Position numbers and translations under genes: made by a program
Shown here: positions 15,753 through 28,132 of the stretch, piece by piece
Numbering within the stretch: the stretch's first letter is position 1
Layout: each line of letters begins with the position of its first letter
From: Schmidtea polychroa
Lineage: Eukaryota
Length of the DNA stretch: 64,000 bases
Assembly: GCA_044892525.1 (NCBI GenBank)
Contig: CM097885.1
Span: 44,766,001 to 44,830,000 of the forward strand
Direction: 5' to 3'
Notes under the pieces: generated by a model
Database searches by the model: none
Seen by the model: only the letters and a program-made list of their open reading frames with translations
What the model was told of the DNA's origin: nothing

Positions 15753-15785
15753 AATAATAAATGCTACTATCAAGCAATCATCATT

Positions 15786-15827
<42 letters not shown>

Positions 15828-15836
15828 AACAATCAC

Positions 15837-16008
15837 CTTAGCGATATTATTTTAAATTCTAAATCAACATTAATCCGTGACAATTCTTCTTGGAGATTTT
15901 TTATAACTTTTTTATAAAATGCATTTAGCTCAGAACTAACTGGAGACCCAGGAAGCATATAGGACTTGAAATCGTTTTCAATTGCAATATCCACGATAAT
16001 TGTAGCAA
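15837..16008 (-). CDS. Exon 3 of perlecan-like gene: N-terminal half of SEA domain
   Basis: atttcag acceptor, gtgatt donor, 172 bp, phase 1-2. Encodes (I)ATIIVDIAIENDFKSYMLPGSPVSSELNAFYKKVIKNLQEELSRINVDLEFKIISL(R), continuing as R|PG in the next exon, as in the SEA 'RPGS' motif. Confidence 0.7.
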
Positions 16009-18099
16009 CTGAAATATAATTGAAAATTCAAATAATAAATTAAAATTCTGATGACCAAAAATATTTTATTTTGATTAAATTTGTCATTTTTTTAATCATC
16101 AACATCAATCATTATTGTTAAAATTTATATTGTAATTCAATAAATTAGTTTTTTAATATCAAAAAAATTAACAAATTTTCCAATTCATTAAAAATTTCAT
16201 TATTGGTTTAAGAATTTAAAGGATTTTATTTATTGAATTTTAGAATTATTAAAATTTTTAATTATTTAATAAAATTTATAAAATTTTTCTTTTAATATAC
16301 TGCGTCAAAATATTTATGATTTTCTTCAGTTTCACGCTGTGAGATTTCTCTTTAATTCGATTAAGTTATCAATGAATTACATTCAGTTAATAAATTCTTT
16401 TCCAAAATTGCACAGGTTAAAACAACTTTTAATGATAAAATGAATTAATATATAGAAATATTTAGACATTCCTTTTACAATATATTTCGATAGTTTCATT
16501 GTCATCATCAGCTAGGATAGAAAAAAACTTAAATTAAACAAATTAAAAATTATTATTAATTAAATAATTTAATAAACATATCAAAAAAACATCGATATCT
16601 TTACTGAATCATAGTCAAATTTTTTAATAAATAAAATCATTTTATTATAAAGTAGCGCCACTCGAACATTCGTTTTTCAATATATTTCGACAGTTTTCCC
16701 GATATCATCAGGTAGGATAGAAAAAGTTGAAGATGGTATAGATTTTATAAACCATTTTTATTAATTTACCTTTAAAAAATATATTTATAAAACATCATAT
16801 TTATCTTGTGGTTTCACTTCTGATCGATTTTTTATTACAAGAATTTTTATATTAATGTTTGTAAGACTATAGATCAAAACAATATATAAGGTACACGGTA
16901 TTTCGGCACAGCCTTTATCAAGTGTGAATATTTATAAAATTCTAATTTATATAACAAATTAGTTTCCAATTTTTACTAAATATATTTAAAAATATTAAAA
17001 TATTTAATTATAATTTTATTTTAAGATAACTTTTATAATTTTTAATAACTTAATAATTTAAAAATTCAAAACAACAATTTGCATACCCACAATTTACAAC
17101 TATTTAAAAACTTTCAAAACATAAGTTTTTGTAACATTTTGCACATTAGTTTTCTGATTCAATTATTTTATCAACAAAGCTTCAAAAATTACTGGTTTAT
17201 ATTATATTTATTATATTTATTAAAATGTTTTAATGAAGATCAAAATTTAGGATCAGAATACAATCCAACCGGAGTATTTAACTTATTGACAAACATTTTT
17301 CGTACTTTATATGACTTAGCCACGATTTCATAATTTATCATTCTCTTATAATCTGTAAATCCTTCCGATTACGGCAATACCAATACAAATTTAGTCAATT
17401 TTAGAGAAACCTGATGAGACTCACTCACTATTAAATTTATTTATCTCACCAACCAACTCACCCACACCGGTGAAATTACACTCAGACACTTTCAAACATG
17501 GATCCTTAAAATCTTTAATAAATATTAATAAACAGTCTCTTTTATCATCATTAATAAAAAGGATCAACAACTTCAAAAATTATTATTATTAATATAAATT
17601 TTTAATGTAATTTAAATAATTTTTTTATTTTTAAATTAGACATCATTTATTAAAATTATATTAAATTCATTTTAAATTCATTTTAATTTGAATCATTAAT
17701 CCAAAAAGTTTAGAATTTTAAAAACAAACCTATTTAACGTACCAATTTAACCATTCAATGCATTTGAAAACAATAACAACAATCCATATGCCCTCAATTT
17801 GATATCTAAACTATTTAAAAACATTCAAAACACAAGTGTTCATAATATTCTTACATTCTTTATCCGATCCAATGATCTTATCCACAACACTTCATATACA
17901 ACACTTTCCCAGTAATTTTTTAAAATATTATAGTAAATTTTAAAAATCAAATCTACATATTTTTCTCATGTTGTATTTATTGTGCTTACTAATATTAGTC
18001 AATTTCTTCGGAGCCAATTGCAAGTAAATTGATAATAATTAATAAATAATAATAATAATGATTTTATAATCAGCCTAATTGATCTATAATATTTATAAT

Positions 18100-20236
18100 T
18101 TTTCTATACTACTTGATGTTGACAACGAGACTGTAAAATTATATCGTATAACTGATATTTAAGTGGTGTTTTTTATAATTCAATCATTACCGTGTTAATC
18201 TCACAAATTATTATAAAGAAATGTATTTATTAAATAAATTTTAAATACTTCTTAAATTGGTTCATATGTTTGAAATTGAATGAATTTAATTTGTTTTATT
18301 TTGCGCTTACAAAACATAAGAAACAATGTGTCATAGTGTCTATTAACTATATCATAAAAACAATTTTTATAATAAAATGTAAATAAAGTTTTTTTAATAT
18401 GATAAATAGTAAGTTTGCCTGATGATATCATATCAAAAAATTTATTATATTCGACAACACTTTTGCAGCATAAACTCCAGCTAGGTTCAAAAAGTGAGCT
18501 ACGCATTGTACATATGCAGCTAAAGAATTTTCTCTCAAAAGTCTTTTTTGAACACCTCGATACTTTCCCGACAAATTATAACCGTTGTCGTAGCTTTGTC
18601 CACAGCAATTCTGGAAATTCAAACCATATTTTGAAAGTTTTTGCAGTATTTCTGAACTTAATCCTTCTACAGTTTTTTCATTTATATCAATAAAATTCTC
18701 ACTGACGACATATCCTTCGTCAGTCAGCTCGACAGAACGAATTTCTTCACAAATTTGCTCTTCCTTTAAAATATCAGTTGTTAAATCAAACATAATGGAG
18801 TAATATTTTGCATTTTGTATTTTAGAGATTATATAATTCCTAACTGTACTTGCAAAGATATTAATAAATTCGTTTTGAATATCTTTAGAAATATATTTAT
18901 TTCTGTTTTAGCCTTCTAAATGATTTTTCAAAGCAACATCATAAAGACAAACTAATTCGATCGAATTCAAAAATATTCCACTATTTGAAGCTCAGATTCG
19001 GTCAGTATATTCACGTAAAGTGATACAACCTAATAATACTTTGAAGATATGTTAAAATTTTTCTGCATTCATTATCCATTTCATTCAATAATAGTTTATC
19101 AATTGCAGACTTTATTTTTAGTTGTTGTTCCAAAATCTTTCCAAGCAAAAAAATGTTTTTATGCTCACTTAAATTTCCATGTTCTCCTAATCTAGTATTT
19201 AAATGTGTCCAATCATTTAATCCTTTATTTATATCTAACATTAAATTTAAATCAGTATTTTTAGAAATATATATGCAAGGAAAACAAAATATTTTGTCCA
19301 ATTTAACATTATAAATAAGCCAAGATCTTACAATTGCTTCCGCATTTGTGAACCTATCATTTGAGAATTTTCTTTTTTCTGTATATTTGTGCTAGTTGTA
19401 TTCTCTTCCCTGTTCTGGCCTCGATTTAACTAAGTATTCATGAATTTTGTTATTTATAACAGGCCAAGAGCTTGGATATTTATGGTCAAAATTTAGAAAT
19501 AATTCTTGATTTTCAAAGTCATCATTCATCATCAATGAAATTTCTTTCTTCTCTATGATCTTGAGCCGAAAAATCGATTTTTTTTCGAGATTTTTCGACT
19601 TCTGGCTGCGTGGAGCCAACAGTTTTTTCTTTGCTGTTTCTCATTTCTTGAATTTTATCGGTGCTTGATAATTTGTCTTGATAATTTTTTTTTCTTGATA
19701 ATTTCATTATTTCACTTTGTTTTTTGGCTTCTGCTTCAAATTTGGTTTTTTCTTATGAAATTCGTAAACAGATTTTCTCTTTCATATCAGACATCATTAA
19801 ACTAAATATATAAAATAAAAAATAATATAAGTGAATATATCACTTACTTTTTACTTTTAATTAAAATATTAATAAAAATTGGAATTCACAACACTACTAT
19901 CCAATACTGTCTAACTAAATACAATTAAAAGCGTACACCGATGAAAGTTATTTATATACGAGTAATATTGATTTTCTAGTCTCCGCAAATAAATAGTTAC
20001 TTGCAAATTTGCCACTTGAAATATGTTTTGTAGCAATTTCTATATATATTTATAGTGGTTACTACTGAAATTAAAAAAGTCAATTCTTTTTTTGTTCTCA
20101 TTTGCAGAAACATGCACATGCATTTTTGATGACCGGTGAAAATAAAAAAGAGGAATACCCGAATCATTTATGGCTCCCTATAATAAGTTGCGCACTGGGT
20201 AAATGCCCTGGTAGCCCGTGATTTTCGCTGGCACTG
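18100..20236 (-). mobile_element. Degenerate hAT transposon (ZMYM1-like clade)
   Basis: Broken ORFs 19392-19707, 19011-19301 (KIFCFPC...GLNDW.HL..RL..H) and 18428-18793 (DLTTDI..EQ...CCGQSYDNG.NLSGKYRGVQ...YVQCVAHFLNL). 5' terminus CAGTGCCAGCG at 20236; the 3' boundary is approximate. Confidence 0.85.
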
Positions 20237-20301
20237 GTTGGTATTACTACATTTAAGTATTATTTTGTTTTATTGAATAATGAAGTTATAATAGAAATTT
20301 A

Positions 20302-22426
20302 GAGAAATTTAAAAATTACAAAAAAAAATAAGCATTATTTAAAATTACGAAAAAAAATGGCATAAATTAGTAAATGCGAAAATTTTTTACATTATTTTAA
20401 ATTATGAAAAAAAATTCCATTAATTAGTAAACGCGAAAATTTTATTCATAAATTACTAAACACGAAAATTTCTTTTAATAGGCTATTTAATATATAAAAC
20501 TTTAAATTTGAAAATATTAACTGTCATATTATGAATTCAGCTAGAGATCTCACCTCATATTCTTCAGCCTTTGAATTAAACTCAGAATATTATTCTATAG
20601 AAGAATTTTTATTGCTATACGGGCATTATTCAATGATCAATAAGATTAATTACAAAGTCAAGCATAGAAATAAGAGCAGATTGACTATCGGATGCTCAGA
20701 TTTAAACTGTGGTTTCCATCTTTCACTAATCTACCGATTAGAAACTAATAATTTCTGCATTAAGAAAATTAATTCCAATCATACATGCGATTCTGAGATA
20801 TCAAGTAGTATTAACTCAACAGCTGTTTGTGATATCATCTTAAAAAACAATGATTTAAAGAATATCAAAGTTAAAGATGTTGTGAGTAAGAGCTCTCATC
20901 TATATCAGATGTATGTGTCTTACCATAGAGCCAGAGCAGCTTTGAATTCTGAAAAACAAAAGCAATGTATGATTTTAGAAGATAGTTATTCCTACCTAAA
21001 TTCAATAGTAGCCCGATTGAATAGTAATCAAAACACGGCAATAATACAAATTGCGCCCGATGAAAATAGATTTAAAAGGCTTTAGCTTAAGAATCTACAA
21101 TCAAATTCTATCAATCTTCTAGAAAAATGATAACTGTTGACGGAACCTTTTTATCAGGTCCAAATAAAGGAACACTTCTGACTGCTGTTTCTCATGACGG
21201 AAACAACAGATTAATTATTGTGGCGATTGAGATAGTAGAATCAGAAAATTTAGAAAGTTGGAAGTTTTTCATTCATAACTTAAACTTAAGTTTGAATCTT
21301 AACAACAGCGATAGCATAATATTTTCCGATAGACATAAGGGATTGTTAAGAGCATGTGATGAAATTCTTCCATTAGCTCACAAAGCTCATTGTTCGCGCC
21401 ACTTAGCGCATAATTTAAAAACAAGAAATATAATTCTTCTGAAACATTATTGGCAAGTTGTCAATACCTATGATGAAGTTTGTTTTTTTGAACATTTAGA
21501 GGCAATAAGAAGAATAAACGAGGAATCATATGATATTTTAATCAAAGCCGGAATCGAGAAATGGGCTAATTCAATTTTTCCGATAAGAAGATATGGAAAA
21601 CACACTTCAAATGCAGCTGAATCGATGAATTCTGCAATAAAGAAATTTATAGATATGGATATATCTAATTTCATAATTTCTATAAATAATTACACTATGG
21701 AAATGATGAATTTGAGAAGAAATGAAGTTTTAATAGAAAGAATAACCAAGGTATCTTAATCGAAACTGAAGAAACATTTAGAAAGGGGGAAAATACTTAG
21801 TTTAAAAAGATCTAATGAATATATCTTTCTTGTTGATGATAAGTGCCTAGTCAACATTCGAGATAAAAGTTGCGATTGCAAAGAATATTTCCATTTAGGG
21901 ATTCCTTGCTCTCGTATTTGCTCAGTTATCTACTTTCTCAGATAAGATTTATATAGTTTTGTATCTGAATACTATTTTAATCAGGAAATTTGGCAATCGT
22001 ATGAAACTAGCATTCTTCCTTTAAGTGCGAAAAATCTGACGAAAGATAATATTCAGCCACCTAGAGATAAAAGAGGACGTGGAAGACCAAAAATCGAGCG
22101 CTTAAGTGCTTTCTGAAATTAAATTTTCGTCTAATATATTTTTATATGTCTAATTTTTGAAATTGAAATATAAACTCAACGTAAATACTTAAAATAATAT
22201 AAATAAGTCGCTTTTATTTTGAATATCTAATTTTTTCGTGTTTAGCAATTATTGCATAAAATTTTCGTGTTTAGCAATTAATGAATAAAATTTTCGCGTT
22301 TACTAATTAATGGAATTTTTTTTCGTAATTTTAAATAATGTAAAAAATTTTCGCGTTTACTAATTCATGCAATTTTTTTCGAATTTTTAAATAATGCTTA
22401 TTTTTTTTCGAAATTTTTAAATGCCC
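20302..22426 (+). mobile_element. Full-length but disrupted MULE (MuDR-like) transposon
   Basis: ~170-200 bp TIRs built of subrepeats (20302-20475 / 22230-22426). Flanked by a near-perfect 10-bp duplication tagaaattta / tataaattta. Confidence 0.9.
20531..22116 (+). pseudogene. MuDR-type transposase (disrupted)
   Basis: N-terminal MuDR domain (C...C.F...HTC), DDE core (VDGTFL...DGNN...IIFSDRHKGL...HCSRHL...TSNAAESMN), SWIM-like SCDCKEYFHLGIPCSR and AT-hook KRGRGRPK. Interrupted at ~21085 and ~21759. Confidence 0.9.
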
Positions 22427-22984
22427 TATAAATTTATGCATATAGTGTTTTTAAATTTATATCATGAATAACTTTCATTTATGCGTTATGCGTTATTATA
22501 CATCGCAAACGACATAAACTCGTTTATTATTTTTAAATGAAAAAGATTCTAATTGAAAAATAAATGTAAGAAATAACTGACAACTTAGTACTAAATGATG
22601 CAGACTCATCTAAGGATACGGATGATTATTATAATTCTAAAGTTAAATAATCACACGTGAAAGTGGTGATTAGAAATATTTTGACAATCACATTATAGTT
22701 ATTATACTTAAAATTATTCATATCTACACTTGGTTGTTTATTTTTCTATTGCAAAGGTGAATAAAAATATCTAAAAATGATGGAAAATATATGGTTTTAA
22801 GCGCCCCCCCCCCAATGGGTGAATGATGTAAGCAATATGATAATGAGTGATGTTTGGGTGAAAATAAGAATTATTGGAGAGATTACCGATTGTAAAATGA
22901 AGGCTATAATGGTAAAGTTTGAATGAAAATATGTTCTGAATAAATATAATGTTGAATGTATGATGGTGTCCGATTGAATTTATG

Positions 22985-23152
22985 CAGTGCTCGAAGTGAG
23001 GCGGGATAGCCGGGATATTATCCCGGCATTGATTATGTAGGCTGAATTGCATCCCGGCACTTCATTTCATATAATCTATAGGTTTATCCCGGTACTTATT
23101 TCATTTTATAGGCACACAAATACTGCAATTAAGGTCACACATAGTACATCCA

Positions 23153-23221
<69 letters not shown>

Positions 23222-23405
23222 TTTATTCTCTATTCTCTATTCAATTAAGAATTTCCCAAGCAGCAGTAATGGATAGGTAGGTATATTCTCTTATTTATTT
23301 TAGTTTTGCAACACCCCCAACTGAAAATTTCTGCATAAAAGCCTGGAATCCCGGGTGCCACAGCATGCCTATCCCGGCACATATTTTGTTCCACTTCGAG
23401 CACTG
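22985..23405. mobile_element. hAT-type MITE, 421 bp, with internal (TA)n
   Basis: 14-bp TIR CAGTGCTCGAAGTG / CACTTCGAGCACTG, perfect 8-bp TSD AATTTATG, and subterminal ATCCCGG motifs. Confidence 0.93.
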
Positions 23406-23409
23406 AATT

Positions 23410-23536
<127 letters not shown>

Positions 23537-23960
23537 TTAATTCTTCATTCCAACAGTATATGATGTATAATATTTACACAATTTTAGAATATTTTTATTA
23601 AGTTTTCAAAATTTAGAATTATATAAATATTACAACACAGTAAGTGTAAAGTGAAAATATAAGGATAATCGAATATTAAAGTACTATAAATAAAGGACAT
23701 TATTTTGTAAATTCATTCAATATTTAAAAATGAAACTTTCTTAATGAATGCAAATTTTCAGATCAAAATTATAAATTTTCTGAAAATTTGACATTTTTTC
23801 ATTGATTAAGGGCGGGTAATTCTTGTTATAAACTATAATTTTATAACTATTTGATAAAACAAAATTTAAAAAATCAAATTCAATATGTTCCTTATCTGCA
23901 GCAAATGTTACATTTTATTGATGGTTTTATTAGTAAGAAAAAACAAAAATAATATTGATG

Positions 23961-24047
<87 letters not shown>

Positions 24048-24110
24048 GAAACAAATTAAAAGCAAAGTTCTAGAAATTTTCAAATTTTTAAATAAAATAT
24101 AAACTATTAC

Positions 24111-24237
24111 TAGATCTAGATTTTGCATAAGGATGCAAAGTAGGATACATATCCGGCGGTTCTGGCTGTCCATCTCCGCTAGATTGTAAAATTTTGCTAT
24201 TTGTCGTTTTCATTGAATCCTCGTCATCAAGAGTTAA
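24111..24237 (-). CDS. Candidate exon 2 of perlecan-like gene (acidic, Ser-Gly site)
   Basis: attag acceptor, gtaata donor, 127 bp, phase 0-1. Encodes LTLDDEDSMKTTNSKILQSSGDGQPEPPDMYPTLHPYAKSRS, phase-compatible with the SEA exon. Confidence 0.5.
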
Positions 24238-24322
24238 CTAATATGTAATATATTATTAAAATTTATCACTTTGTTTCATCAATTGTATAACAAACCAATT
24301 TTGCATTTATATAATGGTTTAC

Positions 24323-24397
24323 TTTCTCTTGTCCATTCCCGGAACCATCATTCAAATTTATTACATTCTTAACACATGCAATAAATATTGTTATCAT
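24323..24397 (-). CDS. Candidate exon 1 (or near-first exon) of perlecan-like gene
   Basis: MITIFIACVKNVINLNDGSGNGQEK followed by a gtaaac donor, phase 0. Hydrophobic start and DGSG motif. The true start may lie further upstream. Confidence 0.4.
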
Positions 24398-24947
24398 GCA
24401 TTTGATCAAACCCTATTAATAAACAAACCTTTGATTTCGTGTCTCCATTTGTTATTTGAGGATAAATGAATTTCAAATTGAAATATACAATGAAAAAATA
24501 TATAATTACATTATTTACTGTCATAATTTTCTAATTTAAAATGAATTTATAATTTTCAATTTGGGTTTTAATGCATTCAAAGAAATAATTTTTATTATTT
24601 TATCAATAATAATATAAATTATGTACTTTGAAAACAAAAAGATTGCTGTACAAGTAATTTTTTTTATCCTTTTCAAATAGCGTGAAAGTTTTCATTAAAT
24701 TTTCATTAAATTTTCAATTATATAATTCAATATTGTTATAGAAATTTTATAAAGTAATAAACTAATATCACTAAGACGAAATTTGAAAAAGATTCCATAA
24801 ATTTGTGGTATGTTTAAATGCATTAATTTCCATCTACATTCATTTGATGGATTTTTAATATTTCAATAATTAAAATTTTCTGCTTAGTATTATTACAGTA
24901 ATAATTCTGCTTTAGAATATTGTTATACGAAATTATAGCCAAAAGAT

Positions 24948-25415
24948 ATGAAAATTTTACTTAGTAATAAGCTAGGAAGTGTGTTTTTACTACTATCACA
25001 AATGCTTGAGCGAATTGTATTTTATTCAATATCAGCTAATTTCTTTTACACTCTCAATTCAAAACCATTGCAATGGACAATTACTAACTCAATGAGTATT
25101 ACATTTCTTCACAGTGGATTTTGTTTCGTTTTTACAATGGTCGGTGGAATACTCGCTGACACAATTATCAGGAAATCTACTACTGTCATCATTGGATATA
25201 TATTTTACTTAGCATATGTTGGATTTATTATTATATTCCGTAAAAATATGAATATAAGTGAAAATGAAAATCTAAGTTCTATATGCATAAAGAATGAGCA
25301 TATATATAATATATTTTACGAGCCATGTTCTAGTATTATAATTCCAATCGTTATATTTTGTGCTATCGGGTCTGGTTTGATCAAGTCCGTTATGGCTAGC
25401 ATTGGATCTGATATG
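24948..25415 (+). CDS. SLC15A4: SLC15A4-like POT/PTR peptide-histidine transporter, exon 1
   Basis: LLSQMLERIVFYSI (ExxERxxYY-type motif), GGILADTII and GSGLIKSVMASIGSDM (cf. G.G..K.N...FGADQ). Donor ATG|gtaag, phase 0. Confidence 0.85.
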
Positions 25416-25934
25416 GTAAGTGTATATATTTAATTGTTTTTGTAAATGATAGGTATTCTTTTTATTTATTATTTGACATTCTTACGGAAGAATTTCATTT
25501 TACACGTGCCATTGCATCAATGAATGCTTATATATAGTTTATCAATATATCTCCAATGTTTACATAGTGAGTACTAAATATTCGGGTTTGTTGATTGGGA
25601 ATAATTAACATCATTTACAAAATTAGTTTCAAATATTTGGTCAATTGTAATGAATTATGTGCGTAATAAAGGAATCCAGTATAGTGAGGGATATGGATGA
25701 TTATGGGGAACTTCTAAATCTAAGACCAATAAGAGGACATCACATTTTGGCCACGCGGATGCACTAGATTATAATCTCTACATATCCCATACTTATGTAG
25801 ACAAGAAAAAAATATATTATAAGTTATTTTCTTTAAATTTACAATTAGAATCTCTTTAAAATAATTAAGTTTAATTGGATATTTGATGAAATTTTTATTG
25901 GCTGACTAGTTTTAATTGATTTGGCTTTTATCGG

Positions 25935-26383
25935 TTTTCAATTTCCATTGATGATGGAGCCAAAGCTGATATGTCTTTTTGCATACGATCAGCAATACCA
26001 GGATACATTGTGGAACCAGTTGATAAAGCTGTATTGCTATATAGATCATTACAAATATCAACATTGTATTTCATCATGCTGTTATAAGTCGTCTCGTGAA
26101 TACCAGTAATATTTATTCCCAAGAATGATTGCTAGAACAAAGCTTCTGGACATCTGAATCTTTTATTTCCATTGGTAATAACTTAACCATTTTGTGGTTC
26201 ATAACTCATTTCAAGTGACGATGAAGTGTCAGCAGTTTGCAATTTTTGTTCAAATTCAAAAGCAATGTAACACAGTTTTTCTTTAATATCTTGAACAACT
26301 TCTCCTTTGGTAGTAATTGTAAAACTGTATCCTTGGTCTGTAATTATTTTCATTAGATAATAAGTTAAGTCTCTTCCGGCTAA
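25935..26383 (-). pseudogene. act: Intronless actin pseudogene fragment (approx. residues 180-327)
   Basis: [22 protein letters not shown]...[10 protein letters not shown]...SSSLEMSYE...RFRCPEALF*...[12 protein letters not shown]...[22 protein letters not shown], with in-frame stops. Confidence 0.95.
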
Positions 26384-26532
26384 ACCTTTACGTGTGGACG
26401 GCAAATTTGACACTTTGCACTAGCTAATGAGGTTGGTCAAACTTTAAAGTACTGATGAGTCGGAGCATCGTTTACGAGAAGAACTGCAGAAAAATCGTTG
26501 CGTGTAAAATCGAGGCTGCATTCGTTGATATG

Positions 26533-26601
<69 letters not shown>

Positions 26602-26604
26602 TTA

Positions 26605-26662
<58 letters not shown>
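26533..26662. repeat. (ATT)n microsatellite
   Basis: ATT run. Confidence 0.95.
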
Positions 26663-26665
<3 letters not shown>

Positions 26666-26878
26666 TGACCTGATTTGAAGTGTTTTTACAGGCAGGCGCG
26701 GACTGCTTGTAAGAGGGTGTTTGAGACCCCTGATATAGTATTCATATCAATTTAACAATGTTTAAAAAAATACACAAAATGGTTAAAGTGGGCGTTGTTA
26801 GAACATGTGATTTGACAACTGTTAATTTTTTTAATAAATAAATTTTAGATGGTATTTTTGAAAATTTATTTATTAAAA

Positions 26879-27025
26879 AATCGGTAGTAGCGATGGGCGG
26901 TGTGTACAAAGAGTAGGGACGTAATTAGCATAAGCTAATGACTTCCGCTTACTAAGAATTCCTCGTTCAAGTGGAATAATTTCAATCCTCTATTTCTCAC
27001 ACGACAGTGATTTAGCAAGTTACCA
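26879..27025 (-). pseudogene. Degenerate 18S rRNA fragment (3' region)
   Basis: The plus strand reads tcggtagtagcgatgggcggtgtgtacaaag...cttactaagaattcctcgttca...aataatt, the reverse complement of the conserved SSU rRNA GTACACACCGCCC region. Only ~150 bp, with substitutions. Confidence 0.85.
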
Positions 27026-27544
27026 GGAAATTTCTACACCTAATTCCAGATGTTAAAAGTCTCTATAATACATGTTGGTGTGTTCATCAATCGATGACTC
27101 ACCATTTATGAGAATGTTTATTTCATTTTTTCGTTTTCAATTCAATTTTATTTATGGTTTTAGAAGTAAGTTTTTTAAATTTAAGTATATTTTAAGGCTT
27201 GAATTTTGATTTTATATAATTATGAGATCATTATTCAAGCTCTTAAATATTACTTGTAATCAGCATTTATAATATATTTATAATATATTTATAATATATT
27301 TATAATATATTTATAATATATTGATAATATATTGATAATATATTGATAATTAAATTTCAGGTTTTTTAGGTATATTATGACATGTTATGAATTTGGAATT
27401 ATTTCAATAAAATGTAAGTTAGATATATTTTTAACTAAAAAGAAATAAAATAATCACCAAACACATTTATTTTTTTAAGACATTTAGGCGTATATGGATA
27501 AAATTGTTTTTAAGTTTTTGTAATCTTCTTTCTCCAGCTCAGTT

Positions 27545-27951
27545 TCAATAGCCTCTTTGACGATGTAGACTGATTTTGTCATTTTCTGAAATTCTATGAA
27601 AATATTAATTTTTTAAAATAAGTTATTAAAATTTACGATTTTCGAATTTTTTTCTTCAATTCCAAAGATGTCGATGGAACTTGTTGAATATCTTCACACA
27701 AAGGCGTTTGACTAGAAATATCTGATATGCTGTAAAATATTTTAATTATTTGTAATTAAATAAAAAAATTCTTACATTGTCAGATCTTCACCTTCGCAAA
27801 ATGGAAATGTCTCCAAAGAAATATCTGAAAATCTAAAGAAATATTAACTTCAAAAATATTTTATAAATAGATCTTACGATGTTTTGTCGTCCATTTCTCG
27901 AAAACTCAAAGTTGAGTTGTCAGATTCAAAATCCAAATTTTTTTCAGCCAT
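27545..27951 (-). CDS. Small 4-exon antisense gene of unknown function (~90 aa), nested in SLC15 intron 1
   Basis: Exons 27951-27878, 27832-27776, 27729-27637 and 27593-27545. Three GT-AG introns of 45, 46 and 43 nt, all phase 2. Spliced ORF: MAEKNLDFESDNSTLSFREMDDKTSFSDISLETFPFCEGEDLTIISDISSQTPLCEDIQQVPSTSLELKKKIRKSISENDKISLHRQRGY*. Confidence 0.6.
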
Positions 27952-28132
27952 GAATTTTAATAATTTTAAATTAATGATATGTTAACAGTATGTTAATGAC
28001 TCTCTACTTTCGGAATAAAAAAAGCTATATTAAATTTGCGTGTATTTTATATTATGTGTGCTGTGTTTGTATGTAAAATTATTTTTCTGTCACTTTCTCA
28101 ATTCCTATAATAAAACTTTTAACATTCGGAAC

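Noticed and set aside
17415..17480. CTGATGAG...GAAA as a hammerhead ribozyme core
   Set aside because: I could not find stem II or the flanking helices at the required spacing.
17075..17900. Diverged ~110-bp direct repeats (~17075-17185 and ~17775-17895)
   Set aside because: Too degenerate, with no termini or coding signal; likely an old local duplication.
23892..24073. (TAT)n-containing segment as a transmembrane exon of the minus-strand gene
   Set aside because: Splicing from the 24111 donor gives an immediate stop. The gene model is in frame without it, and it is a microsatellite.
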